DNA of 17,718 nucleotides from Candidatus Cryosericum sp. (GCA_049699855.1 JBNAWM010000020.1:1-17718), one strand, 5' to 3'. Positions 1 through 8,423 are shown, counted from the first letter of the stretch. Notes: generated from the sequence alone by a model not told the origin. A program made the numbers and translations.

Positions 1-65
1 TGGACATCCTGTACATGGACCTCCTGCGCGAGGATCTGGTCCGGGGCGATGGTGCAGGAGCCTGA
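1..65 (+). CDS. C-terminal fragment of a probable GNAT N-acetyltransferase (RimJ/RimL family); 5' end outside the window
   Basis: The frame starting at nt 3 reads DILYMDLLREDLVRGDGAGA-TGA(63-65) with GC-rich codon usage. D-x-x-x-M-x-L-L-x-x-E/D resembles the last strand of RimJ/RimL acetyltransferases. Only 20 aa are visible; not in the ORF track. Confidence 0.5.
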   Translation, partial: DILYMDLLREDLVRGDGAGA

Positions 66-82
66 GGCTGGCGCCCCCAGCC
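66..82. terminator. Short GC hairpin between convergent stop codons (possible weak bidirectional terminator)
   Basis: GGCTGG(66-71)-cgccc-CCAGCC(77-82) fills most of the 21-nt gap between the stops at 65 and 87. No U tract on either strand. Confidence 0.25.
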
Positions 83-86
83 GCTG

Positions 87-1916
87 CTAGAGTTCCTCCA
101 CGCGCCGGACGATGGCCGCGGCGTCGATTTCCGCCCAGGCCAGCAGCTCGTCGGGTTTGCCGCTCATGGGCAGTTTGCGCACTGCCAGCGAGAAGACGGG
201 GGTTGCTACGTCGGCGAGCGCCGATGCCACCGCTTCGCCGATGCCGCCTTCCGCGTAGTGATCCTCGACGGTGATGATGGCTGCGGTCTCGGCAGCCGCT
301 TTCTGCAGCGCTGAGAGGTCGAGCGGCTTGACGCTGTACAAGTCGATGACGCGCGCCCGGATGCCTGATGCCGCCAGCAGGTCGGCTGCCTTCAGCGCCT
401 CATGCACGGTGATGCCGGCGCCAACCAGGGTCACGCGGTCCTCACCGCTGTGGCGGAGGGTCTTGCTGCCCCCGATGGGGAACTCCTCGCCTTCCTCGTA
501 CAGGCGCGGCAAAGCTTCGCGGGTGGTGCGCAGGTAGCAGATACCATGGTGGTCGGCCATCTGCCGGACCAGGGCTGTGGTGGAGAGATCATCGGCCGGG
601 TAGAGGACGACGCTGTCCACCAGCGTCCGGAACATGGCGATGTCCTCCAGTCCCATCTGGGACGGGCCGTCTGCACCGATGGAGACACCGGCGTGCGAAC
701 CGGTGAACTTGATGTTGGCATGATGCATGGCGTACTGGGCCATGCGCACCTGGTCGAACGCGCGTGAGAAGAAGGCGGCAAACGTCGAGACGAAGGGAAC
801 TTTACCCCTGGTGCTGAGTCCCAGCGCAGTGGACACCATGTTCTGCTCGGCGATGTACATTTCGAAGAACCGCTCTGGATATGCCTTGCCGAAGGTGGCG
901 GCAAAGGTCGAGTTGCTGACCTCGGCGTCGAGAACGACCATGTCCGGATGGGAGGGGGCGATGTCCACCAGTGCACGGCCATACGCCTCACGCGTGGACA
1001 GCGCCTTGACGCTGGGCGGCAGGGCGACGGGTACGGGGCTCCAGCGGGCCGGCGCGGCCTGTGTCGGTGGTTCGACTGTTCCGAAGAGGTTCAGGTCGAC
1101 TGGCCCCAGTTCGGGGACAGCGCGCTCGAACTGCTCGCGGCTGAGCGTCTTGCCATGCCACCCTTCCTGGTTCTCGAGGAAGGAGACTCCCTTGCCCTTG
1201 ATGGTCCGGGCGATGATGACGGTTGGGCGTCCACAGGTGTGATCGATCTCGGCATAGGCTGCCTGGATGGCGTCGAGGTCGTGCCCGTCCTCGAGTACGA
1301 TGGTGTGCCAGCCAAAAGCGGCAAAGCGTGCCTCGTAGGTGTCCAGCTCCCAGTCCAGCATCGTTTCGCCGCGCTGGCCCAGCCGGTTGACATCAAGGAT
1401 GCCAACCAGGTTGTCCAGTTCGTAATGCGATGCCAGTTCAGCGGCTTCCCAGATGGAACCCTCGGCCACCTCGCTGTCGCCCATCAGCACATAGGTGTTG
1501 TAGGGCAACTTGTCGAGGTACCGTGCGTTCAGGGCGATGCCGACGCCGATGCTCAGCCCCTGGCCAAGCGAGCCGGTTGCGGCTTCCGCCTGGACAAAGC
1601 GCGGCGTCGGATGCCCCTCGAGGGGCGAGCCGAACTTCCGGTACGTCATCAGGTCTTCCTGCGAAAGGATTCCTGCAGCCGCATACAGCGCGTAGAACAA
1701 CGGCGAGGCATGTCCTTTGGAGAAGATGATGCGGTCGTTGGACGGGTTCTGCGGGTTCTGCAGGTCGGCCTTCAGCGTTCCGCCGAAGAAGAGCCCAGTC
1801 AGCAGGTCAGTCGCCGACAGCGAGGAGGTCGGATGTCCCGACCCCGCTTCGGTCGTCATGTGCAGGATGTCGTACCGGATGCGTGCTGCCAGTTGTGCCA
1901 GGGTTGCCGTAGCCAT
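87..1916 (-). CDS. tkt: Transketolase (full length, 609 aa)
   Basis: Motifs GSGHPTSSLS, FSKGHASP, LEGHP, TGSLGQG, TPP-binding GDSE...DVN, IAEQNMV, STFAAFF, SHAGVSIGADGPSQM, TVEDHY. Start moved from 1973 to ATG 1916 because AGGAGG (1927-1922) lies 5 nt upstream. Confidence 0.96.
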   Translation of the reverse strand: MATATLAQLAARIRYDILHMTTEAGSGHPTSSLSATDLLTGLFFGGTLKADLQNPQNPSNDRIIFSKGHASPLFYALYAAAGILSQEDLMTYRKFGSPLEGHPTPRFVQAEAATGSLGQGLSIGVGIALNARYLDKLPYNTYVLMGDSEVAEGSIWEAAELASHYELDNLVGILDVNRLGQRGETMLDWELDTYEARFAAFGWHTIVLEDGHDLDAIQAAYAEIDHTCGRPTVIIARTIKGKGVSFLENQEGWHGKTLSREQFERAVPELGPVDLNLFGTVEPPTQAAPARWSPVPVALPPSVKALSTREAYGRALVDIAPSHPDMVVLDAEVSNSTFAATFGKAYPERFFEMYIAEQNMVSTALGLSTRGKVPFVSTFAAFFSRAFDQVRMAQYAMHHANIKFTGSHAGVSIGADGPSQMGLEDIAMFRTLVDSVVLYPADDLSTTALVRQMADHHGICYLRTTREALPRLYEEGEEFPIGGSKTLRHSGEDRVTLVGAGITVHEALKAADLLAASGIRARVIDLYSVKPLDLSALQKAAAETAAIITVEDHYAEGGIGEAVASALADVATPVFSLAVRKLPMSGKPDELLAWAEIDAAAIVRRVEEL

Positions 1917-1983
1917 GCGTGCCTCCTGTTGATCCATAGTGGTGCTAGTAGTGTGCCCCTCTCCCGTTTTCATGCAAGTCCGC

Positions 1984-4548
1984 CTAGGCCAGCGCCTTTG
2001 GCTTCAGCGCCTTGAAGAGCTCAAACCAGAGGATGGTGCTGATGCCCACGGTTACTGCGACGAGCATGTCAATCGGGTGCTGGGCTGCCATCTTGAAGAG
2101 ACGTGCGGCGACCGGCACGTACAGGGTGACGGCGAGCAGGCCGAGGGCTCCCCCGATGACCAGCCACACCGACCTGTTGGGCGTGCGCAGGGTGTGGATG
2201 ATACTGCGCGTCCAGGAACGGTTGGTGAGGATGAGGGCCACGTTGGCGAAGATGAGCGTGGCAAAGGCCAGCCCGCGCGCGTCAGCCTCGCTGAGTCCGC
2301 GACGGTAGAATGCGATGCCGAAGACGGCCAGCACGGCGACAAGAATGCCGAATCCCTGCAGAAGGCTCATTAGCACGACCCTCTGGCTGAACGTGGGCTT
2401 GGCCGGGTCGCGGGGCGGGCGGTCCATGATGTCGGCTTCCTCCGGTTCGCCTTCAAAGACGATGGAGCAGGTGGGGTCGATGATGAGTTCCAGGAACACG
2501 ATGTGCACCGGCTGGAGGATCAGGGGCCAGTGCAGGAGCACAGGGATCAGGCACAGCCCTGCGATGGGGACGTGGACGGCCAGGATGTAGCCCAAGGCCT
2601 TGCGGATGTTGTCGAAGATGCGGCGGCCCATGCGCACGGCTGCCACGATGCTGGTGAAGTCATCCTTGAGCAGGACGAGGGCTGCGGACTCGCGGGCGAC
2701 ATCGGTCCCGCGCTCGCCCATTGCGATGCCGATGTGGGCGCTCTTGAGTGCTGGTGCGTCATTAACTCCGTCACCGGTCATGGCGACGATCTCGCCGTTT
2801 GCCTTGAGCGCCTGGACGAGCAGCAGCTTCTGCTCGGGCACCATGCGCGCGAAGACGCTGACATCGCGGATCCTGCTGCTGATCTCCTCCTGTGTCATGG
2901 CTTCCAGCTCGGGACCGGTGACGACCAGGTCGGGGCGCTGAAGACCAATTTCCCGCGCAATTGACTGCGCGGTCCCAGGGTAGTCACCCGTGATCATGAC
3001 AACGCGCACGCCGGCCCGCCGGCACTGTTCAATCGCTGCCGGCACGGTCGCGCGAATGGGATCGGCCAGGCCGATGAGGCCGATGAACACAAAGTCGAAA
3101 TCGTGCTGGTTCTCAGGCAGGACAACACAGTTGCAAATCGCCTTCGCCACTCCCAGGACGCGCAGGCCATCACCCGCCATATCGAGCACCTGCTTCATGA
3201 TCAGCTCGCGCTGGGGCTCCGGAAGGTGGCAGAGGTCGAGGATGGCCTCGGGAGCACCTTTTGCAGCCACACGACCATCGCCGGAGTGCATCTGCCACGC
3301 CTGCGACACCGCCAGCAGCTGACTGGACAGGGGGTACTCGCGCTCAAGCTGCCAATCCACGTGCAGGTGCTCGGTCCCCTTCAGCGCGCTCTGTCCAAGG
3401 TCGAGAATGGCGCGCTCCATGGGATCGAAGGGGTCCGCTTCACACGCAAGGATCGAATACTCCACCAGCTCGTGGAACGATTCCGGCAGACTCTCTGACA
3501 GCCCCGCCGCCGGTATGTGCATATATTCGCCGCCGGCCGCCAGCTTGCGCACCGTCATCCTGTTGGTGGTCAGGGTGCCTGTCTTGTCGACGCACAGGAC
3601 GGTTGCCGAGCCCAGTGTCTCGATCGCCGACATGCGGCGTGTCAGGACCTGCTTCTGCGATATGCGCCATGCGCCCATGGCCATGAAGATGGTAAGGACG
3701 ACCGGGAATTCCTCGGGCAGGAGGCCCATGGCCATCGCAAGTCCGGACAGGATGCCGCGCTGCCAGGCGAGCATGTTGTTGCCGTTGGTGAGGGCAAAGA
3801 CGAGGGTGACGATGACAGACATGGCTGCACCCGCCAGGCCCATGTCGCGGATCAGGACGTTGATCTCGCGCTGGAGCGGGGGCTTCTCCGTTTCGAGGTT
3901 TTGCAGGGCTTTGCCGATCTTGCCGATCTCGGTTCGCAGACCGGTGCCGCGGACTTCGGCGACACCCTGCCCCGAGACGACGAGTGTGGCCGAGTAGACG
4001 AAAGGCAGGTCTTCACCACCCGGACGAGCCATCTCCAACGTCCCATCCCACTCTGCCTTGCGGACGGGAACGGATTCGCCGGTCAGCAGCGATTCGTCGA
4101 CGTACAGATTGGTGCAGGAGAGGATGACGGCATCTGCGGGGACGCGGTCTCCCTCAGACAGCATGAGAACGTCGCCGCGGGCAACGTCACGTCCGGCGAT
4201 GCGAACCCATTCGCCATCGCGCTTCACCAGCGCACGCGGGCTGGAAAGATCACGCAGGGCGTCCAGAGCGTTTTCGGTCTTCTTCTCCTGATAGTAGGTG
4301 ATGCCGATGACGACGAACACGAAGCCGAGCAGCATCATCGCCTCTTCGTGGTCGCCCAGGATCAGGTAGAGCGTGCCGCAGGCGAGCAGGAGGAGGAACA
4401 TGGGTTCCCGGACGATCTCGAGCAGGATGCGTATCCATCCCCGCTTGCTGGCGGAGGGCAGTTCGTTGAGTCCTTCCTCTTTCAGGCGCCTGGCCGCCTC
4501 TGCACTCGTCAGTCCCGGCAGCTGTCCTTCATGTGATGCACTTGTCAT
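1984..4548 (-). CDS. P-type cation-translocating ATPase (type II-like, 854 aa); transported ion unknown
   Basis: DKTGTLT phosphorylation site, TGES actuator motif, KGAPE, DPIR, MITGDY, TGDGVNDAPAL and multiple TM segments. M4 motif is PEEF. Start at ATG 4548 with GGAGG (4561-4557) 8 nt upstream. Confidence 0.95.
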   Translation of the reverse strand: MTSASHEGQLPGLTSAEAARRLKEEGLNELPSASKRGWIRILLEIVREPMFLLLLACGTLYLILGDHEEAMMLLGFVFVVIGITYYQEKKTENALDALRDLSSPRALVKRDGEWVRIAGRDVARGDVLMLSEGDRVPADAVILSCTNLYVDESLLTGESVPVRKAEWDGTLEMARPGGEDLPFVYSATLVVSGQGVAEVRGTGLRTEIGKIGKALQNLETEKPPLQREINVLIRDMGLAGAAMSVIVTLVFALTNGNNMLAWQRGILSGLAMAMGLLPEEFPVVLTIFMAMGAWRISQKQVLTRRMSAIETLGSATVLCVDKTGTLTTNRMTVRKLAAGGEYMHIPAAGLSESLPESFHELVEYSILACEADPFDPMERAILDLGQSALKGTEHLHVDWQLEREYPLSSQLLAVSQAWQMHSGDGRVAAKGAPEAILDLCHLPEPQRELIMKQVLDMAGDGLRVLGVAKAICNCVVLPENQHDFDFVFIGLIGLADPIRATVPAAIEQCRRAGVRVVMITGDYPGTAQSIAREIGLQRPDLVVTGPELEAMTQEEISSRIRDVSVFARMVPEQKLLLVQALKANGEIVAMTGDGVNDAPALKSAHIGIAMGERGTDVARESAALVLLKDDFTSIVAAVRMGRRIFDNIRKALGYILAVHVPIAGLCLIPVLLHWPLILQPVHIVFLELIIDPTCSIVFEGEPEEADIMDRPPRDPAKPTFSQRVVLMSLLQGFGILVAVLAVFGIAFYRRGLSEADARGLAFATLIFANVALILTNRSWTRSIIHTLRTPNRSVWLVIGGALGLLAVTLYVPVAARLFKMAAQHPIDMLVAVTVGISTILWFELFKALKPKALA

Positions 4549-4579
4549 GACAGAAACCTCCATAGTAAGGGTGTGGTGG

Positions 4580-4661
4580 GTTCCCGACCTTGATAAGCAT
4601 TGACTCTGGCAAGCCCCGCGTGCGACAAGGTGCGGTGCACCGCAGGCGACCTGTCAGGAAC
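4580..4661 (-). promoter_or_regulatory. Candidate structured 5' leader RNA of the P-type ATPase gene
   Basis: A 9-bp closing stem GUUCCUGAC (4661-4653) / GUCGGGAAC (4588-4580) with one U-G wobble begins at the predicted +1. Internal hairpin UGCGG-UGCA-CCGCA. No known riboswitch consensus recognised. Confidence 0.35.
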
Positions 4662-4667
4662 ATCACC

Positions 4668-4696
4668 ATGCTAAGGCCAAAGGCGCGTGACGTCAA
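4668..4696 (-). promoter_or_regulatory. Sigma70-type promoter of the P-type ATPase gene
   Basis: TTGACG (4696-4691), 17-nt spacer, TAGCAT (4673-4668); predicted +1 near 4661. Confidence 0.65.
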
Positions 4697-4795
4697 GATG
4701 CTGGCCGTGCATGCTGCTCAGCCGGATGAATGCCTGCTCTGCAGGGGTGGTCTGCGCCAATCGTGAAGATGGCCACTACGGCACGGGGGCTTTGG

Positions 4796-5446
4796 TCAGG
4801 GGGCAGGCGGCTCCGAGCTGCGTTCGATCCCGTGGCGCAGCAACTCGATGCAGGTGTCCATTTCGCCGAACATGACCGCCTGCACTCGGGCAAGGTCAAG
4901 GGGCTGCTCCCGCAGCAGTGTTGCATACTGCCTTCCCAGTCCATCGAACGTCCAGGAGAGCAGGCGCAACGCCTGGTCGGCTGTCACGCCCGGCCTGAAG
5001 CGGCTCGTATCGATGCCTTGGAATAGGCGCTGGTAGGCTGCGGCCGAAAACTGGGCAGTCGATGCGGCAAGAGCCTCGCGCAGTTCCGGGGGTGGATCCT
5101 GCAATGCTTCCTGAAGGAAGGCAAAGGTGGCCGGCTGATCCTCGATCAGGGACCATTTGGTCAGCGTGTACTGCCGGAGGCGTTGGAACAGGTCCGCCTC
5201 CGGTAATCCGAGGCGCTCTTCGAAGCGGTGGGTCAGCTCCGTGAGGCAGGTCTGAACAGCTTCCAGGTACAGCCCCTTCTTGTCGCCAAAGTAGTGAAAC
5301 AATAGTCCCTTGCTGACACCGGCTGCTTCGACGATGGTGTTGGTCGAGGCGGCCCGGTAGCCAGAGGCGGCGAATTCGCGAACCGCCGCGGCAATCAGTG
5401 CGGAGCGCCGTTCATTGGCAGGCGGTCCGGAGGCAGGCGTCTGCAT
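4796..5446 (-). CDS. TetR/AcrR family transcriptional regulator (216 aa)
   Basis: N-terminal HTH LIAAAVREFAASGYRAASTNTIVEAAGVSKGLLFHYFGDKKGLY. The likely start ATG 5446 overlaps the permease TGA by 1 nt (TGATG); the ORF-track extension to 5551 lies inside the permease. Confidence 0.94.
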   Translation of the reverse strand: MQTPASGPPANERRSALIAAAVREFAASGYRAASTNTIVEAAGVSKGLLFHYFGDKKGLYLEAVQTCLTELTHRFEERLGLPEADLFQRLRQYTLTKWSLIEDQPATFAFLQEALQDPPPELREALAASTAQFSAAAYQRLFQGIDTSRFRPGVTADQALRLLSWTFDGLGRQYATLLREQPLDLARVQAVMFGEMDTCIELLRHGIERSSEPPAP

Positions 5447-7680
5447 CACTCCCGGGCAGCCTTCAGACTGACAGCCATCGGCACGCTCAGCAGCTTGCGC
5501 CGGCCCGATCGCTGCGAGGCCAGGTAGGTGCCCAGCATGATGACGGCGCAAACGACGATCGAAAGAGGCGAGAGGCGGATGGGCAGGCTGAAGCTGATGC
5601 TGCTCGTCGTTTTCGTGAACAGCTGCCTGACCGAGGAAAGCAGAAGGGGAATGCTGATCAGGAAACCGGCGGCGACGGCGACGATGCCGGAGCCCAGCAC
5701 CATGCGATTCAGTTCCTCCGGCTGGTAGCCTAGCACCTTGAGCAGGGAGATGGTGATGCGTTCCTCGTCGACTGCCAGGGTCGTGACAATGGAGAGAGCC
5801 AGCAGGGCGATGAAGACTGCGAAGATGGCGACACCGCCCAGCGTCGCGTACAGCGGGGCCAGCACGGAGTCGAACGCGGCGCGGCTCTCTGCGGTGGACA
5901 GGCTCATCAGGACGTCATGCGCCGGAATCCCCAGGCTGGTGGTGCTGAGGATGGCGTTGAAGCTGGCGGCCGGTGTGCCGAGGAGTCCATTCAGGCGCTC
6001 ACGGGACATGATGATGCCAGCGGTGGTGTAGGATTCCGAGATTGCATCGACGGTGAGCACGACCTCCAGGTTCGTGGACGACTGACGGAGCGTAAGGCTG
6101 TCGCCCGGTTTCAGGCCCAGCTTGAGCGCCAGGGCCCTCGTTGCGATGATGTGGTCCAGCGAAATCGCCGCGCCGCTGCTGTCGCTCGGGACGAGCAGGG
6201 TGGAGGAAGGGGGCAGTCCCGTCGCCTGGAACGTCAGTGTGCCGTCTTCAGTCGTGAAAGGAGCCATGGTGACTGCCTCTCCTCCCCACGGATTCTCGAG
6301 GGCCGGTGCAGTCAGGACGTACGTGTAGTTGAAGTGGACATCCTGAAAGGCATCATGGACAATCGTGTTCATCGAATCGCGCATGGCCGCGCCGAACAGG
6401 AGCAGGTAGCCGGCGAGCATGGCACCGAGCATGAGCAGGGCCAGGCGCGTCAGGCCCCGGATGGCGGCGCGCACGGCAAACCGGTTCTGGAAAGAGCCCC
6501 GTGTGAGGTGGAGAGAGCGCTCAAGCAGACCGGGGCGGGTGCTGAGCACGGTCGTCTGCATGAGCCTCACGGGAGTCTGCGCCAGGAGGTGGAGCGCCAC
6601 GAGGGCGACGGCGGGTACGACAAAGCAGGAAGGGGCAACGAGGCCGACGACCACGGTGTTCCAGGGCACGCCTGCCGTGGAAAGGGGAATGCTGAAGTAG
6701 CTGACCATGTAGCTCAGGAGAGGGCGCAGGGTGAGGGTGGCCGAAAGCACGCCCAGCACTGCGCCGGAGACGGCGATGACAGCTGGCAGGGCAAGTTCGT
6801 GCAGGACCAGCTCGCGGGTCGTGTATCCCAGCGCCTTGAGCGTTCCCAGCTGATTGCGCTGCATGCGGACCATGCGTCCCTGAGCTGCGGCCAGCAGCAG
6901 CGATGTGAGCAGGAGAATGACGAGAGGCATGCTGGTGGAGACTGCCGCAGCTCCCTCAAGCTTGGCGGTGGCCAGCGTGTAGCGCGGGTTGGAGGTGATG
7001 TCCTGCCAGTAGTTGAGGCCAACTGCCTCAGACAGCACCTGACGGGCCTTGCTGGTGTCGCCGCCAATGACCCGCACATGCCAGGTTGTGAGAGGCTCAC
7101 TGGCAAGGCTGTCCATGGCCGCAGGGGTGACGACAGCAATGCCAAAGACCTTGGGATCTAGGATGATGCCGGCGTCGTCGGTGGTGCGGATTGGGTACAT
7201 GTAGTCGGGTACGGAGGTGAACCCCACGACCGTGAAGGAACGCCCCTCCAGGGTCATGACGCTTCCCAGCTTTGTGTGAAGCGCAGTCGCAGCCGTCTGG
7301 CCCAGCAGCATGTCCGTGTCTGCCTGCAGGCTGCGTCCTGCGGTAACGATGGGGAGATCGACCTGTGTGGTCTGCTCGAAGACCCGTATGGTCATGCCGC
7401 CGCTGACAGCCACGTCCAGCTCGCGGCGAGGTTCGATGACGAGTCCGTTGTCGCGTTCAAAGGCACTCAGGTCTGCGAAGGGCCGCTCGGGCAGGAAGGT
7501 GGCGGATTCGATGCGGGAGTCGCGCTCAAATTGCTGCCTGCTCTCGCCGATGTCACGGATCAGGGCATTCAGGCTGATATACAGCATGGTGGACAGCAGG
7601 ACCAAGGTGATGCTGCCGTAGAAGAGCCAGCGGTTGGAGCGGATGGTGCGTGGTAGGCGCTTGAGCAGGGTGTTCACCAT
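5446..7680 (-). CDS. ABC transporter permease, FtsX/MacB-like with two permease repeats (744 aa)
   Basis: Two FtsX-type signatures (QLGTLKALGY; TISLLKVLGY), each preceded by a TM segment and a large extracytoplasmic domain. The ATG overlaps the ATPase end (ATGGTGA, 7680-7674). Confidence 0.92.
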   Translation of the reverse strand: MVNTLLKRLPRTIRSNRWLFYGSITLVLLSTMLYISLNALIRDIGESRQQFERDSRIESATFLPERPFADLSAFERDNGLVIEPRRELDVAVSGGMTIRVFEQTTQVDLPIVTAGRSLQADTDMLLGQTAATALHTKLGSVMTLEGRSFTVVGFTSVPDYMYPIRTTDDAGIILDPKVFGIAVVTPAAMDSLASEPLTTWHVRVIGGDTSKARQVLSEAVGLNYWQDITSNPRYTLATAKLEGAAAVSTSMPLVILLLTSLLLAAAQGRMVRMQRNQLGTLKALGYTTRELVLHELALPAVIAVSGAVLGVLSATLTLRPLLSYMVSYFSIPLSTAGVPWNTVVVGLVAPSCFVVPAVALVALHLLAQTPVRLMQTTVLSTRPGLLERSLHLTRGSFQNRFAVRAAIRGLTRLALLMLGAMLAGYLLLFGAAMRDSMNTIVHDAFQDVHFNYTYVLTAPALENPWGGEAVTMAPFTTEDGTLTFQATGLPPSSTLLVPSDSSGAAISLDHIIATRALALKLGLKPGDSLTLRQSSTNLEVVLTVDAISESYTTAGIIMSRERLNGLLGTPAASFNAILSTTSLGIPAHDVLMSLSTAESRAAFDSVLAPLYATLGGVAIFAVFIALLALSIVTTLAVDEERITISLLKVLGYQPEELNRMVLGSGIVAVAAGFLISIPLLLSSVRQLFTKTTSSISFSLPIRLSPLSIVVCAVIMLGTYLASQRSGRRKLLSVPMAVSLKAARE

Positions 7681-8372
7681 GTCACTTCCTGGGCCGTGAT
7701 GCGGCGCCCAATCATGCGATCCTCCTCGACTTCGCCACTGCGCAGGCGCACCAGCCGGTCCGTCATGTCGGCAATGGCCCCATTGTGGGTGACCAGCACG
7801 ATGGTGGTGTGATAGGTCTCGTTGATGCGGATCAGAAGCTGGAGGATCTCACGCGAGGTGATGAAGTCCAGTGAACCGGTCAACTCATCCGCCAGCAGGA
7901 GGACGGGGTTTTTCACGACAGCCCGTGCCAGCGAAACGCGCTGCTGCTCGCCCCCCGACAGCTCGGACGGGAAGCGCTCGGCCAGGTCTGACAACCCGAC
8001 GGTCTCCAGGATCTCGTCAATCGGCAGTGGTTTCGCGGCAATGTCCGCCGTCACCTCGACGTTCTCGCGGACCGTCAGGTTGGGGATAAGGTTAAAGAAC
8101 TGGAAGACAAAGCCCACCGTCCTCCGGCGGAACTGTGTCAGCTCGCGCTCGGGTGCCGTCGAGAGATCAACCCCTGCAACGCGCACTGTGCCGGTGTCGG
8201 CGCGGTCGATCCCGCCCATGATGTTCAGCAGGGTCGACTTGCCGGAGCCCGATGGGCCCAGGACCGTTACGAGCTGACCCTCCGGGATGGCCAGCGTGAC
8301 ATTCGTAAGTGCCCAGAATTCGCTCTGTCCCATGCGGTATTTGCGTCCCACTTTGTTCAATTCGATTAGCAT
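7674..8372 (-). CDS. ABC transporter ATP-binding protein, LolD/MacB-like (232 aa)
   Basis: Walker A GPSGSGKST, Q-loop GFVFQFFNL, signature LSGGEQQRV, Walker B LLLADE, H-loop VTHN. AGGAG lies 7 nt upstream of the ATG. Confidence 0.96.
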   Translation of the reverse strand: MLIELNKVGRKYRMGQSEFWALTNVTLAIPEGQLVTVLGPSGSGKSTLLNIMGGIDRADTGTVRVAGVDLSTAPERELTQFRRRTVGFVFQFFNLIPNLTVRENVEVTADIAAKPLPIDEILETVGLSDLAERFPSELSGGEQQRVSLARAVVKNPVLLLADELTGSLDFITSREILQLLIRINETYHTTIVLVTHNGAIADMTDRLVRLRSGEVEEDRMIGRRITAQEVTW

Positions 8373-8405
8373 GTGGCATCTCCTCTCACCCTGGTGCTTC
8401 GACCG

Positions 8406-8423
8406 GTTGACCAGATGGTCAAC
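8406..8423. promoter_or_regulatory. Palindromic operator, probably bound by the operon-encoded TetR
   Basis: Perfect inverted repeat GTTGACCA-GA-TGGTCAAC, directly downstream of the -10 element of the ABC/TetR operon promoter and covering the predicted +1. Confidence 0.75.

Noticed and set aside
1950..1977. Possible tkt promoter TTGCAT-16-CACACT on the minus strand
   Set aside because: The -10 match is too weak; tkt may be co-transcribed with the ATPase gene.
948..2015. 355-aa plus-strand ORF opposite transketolase
   Set aside because: Antisense shadow of a GC-rich gene; no motifs, and the opposite strand is a clear tkt.
3517..4536. 339-aa plus-strand ORF opposite the P-type ATPase
   Set aside because: Shadow ORF with no recognisable domain.
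4586..4600. CUUAUCAAG in the ATPase leader resembling the start of a SAM-I riboswitch
   Set aside because: It is not followed by the AGAG...GAGGGA...GCAACC core, and too little sequence remains before the RBS.
4697..4795. GAGCAGGC-containing segment after tetR, considered as a NiCo riboswitch or terminator
   Set aside because: The other NiCo core elements are not evident, it lies upstream of the predicted ATPase promoter, and the CCTGC-AGA-GCAGG hairpin has no U tract.
5917..7161. 414-aa plus-strand ORF opposite the permease
   Set aside because: Antisense shadow with no domain evidence.
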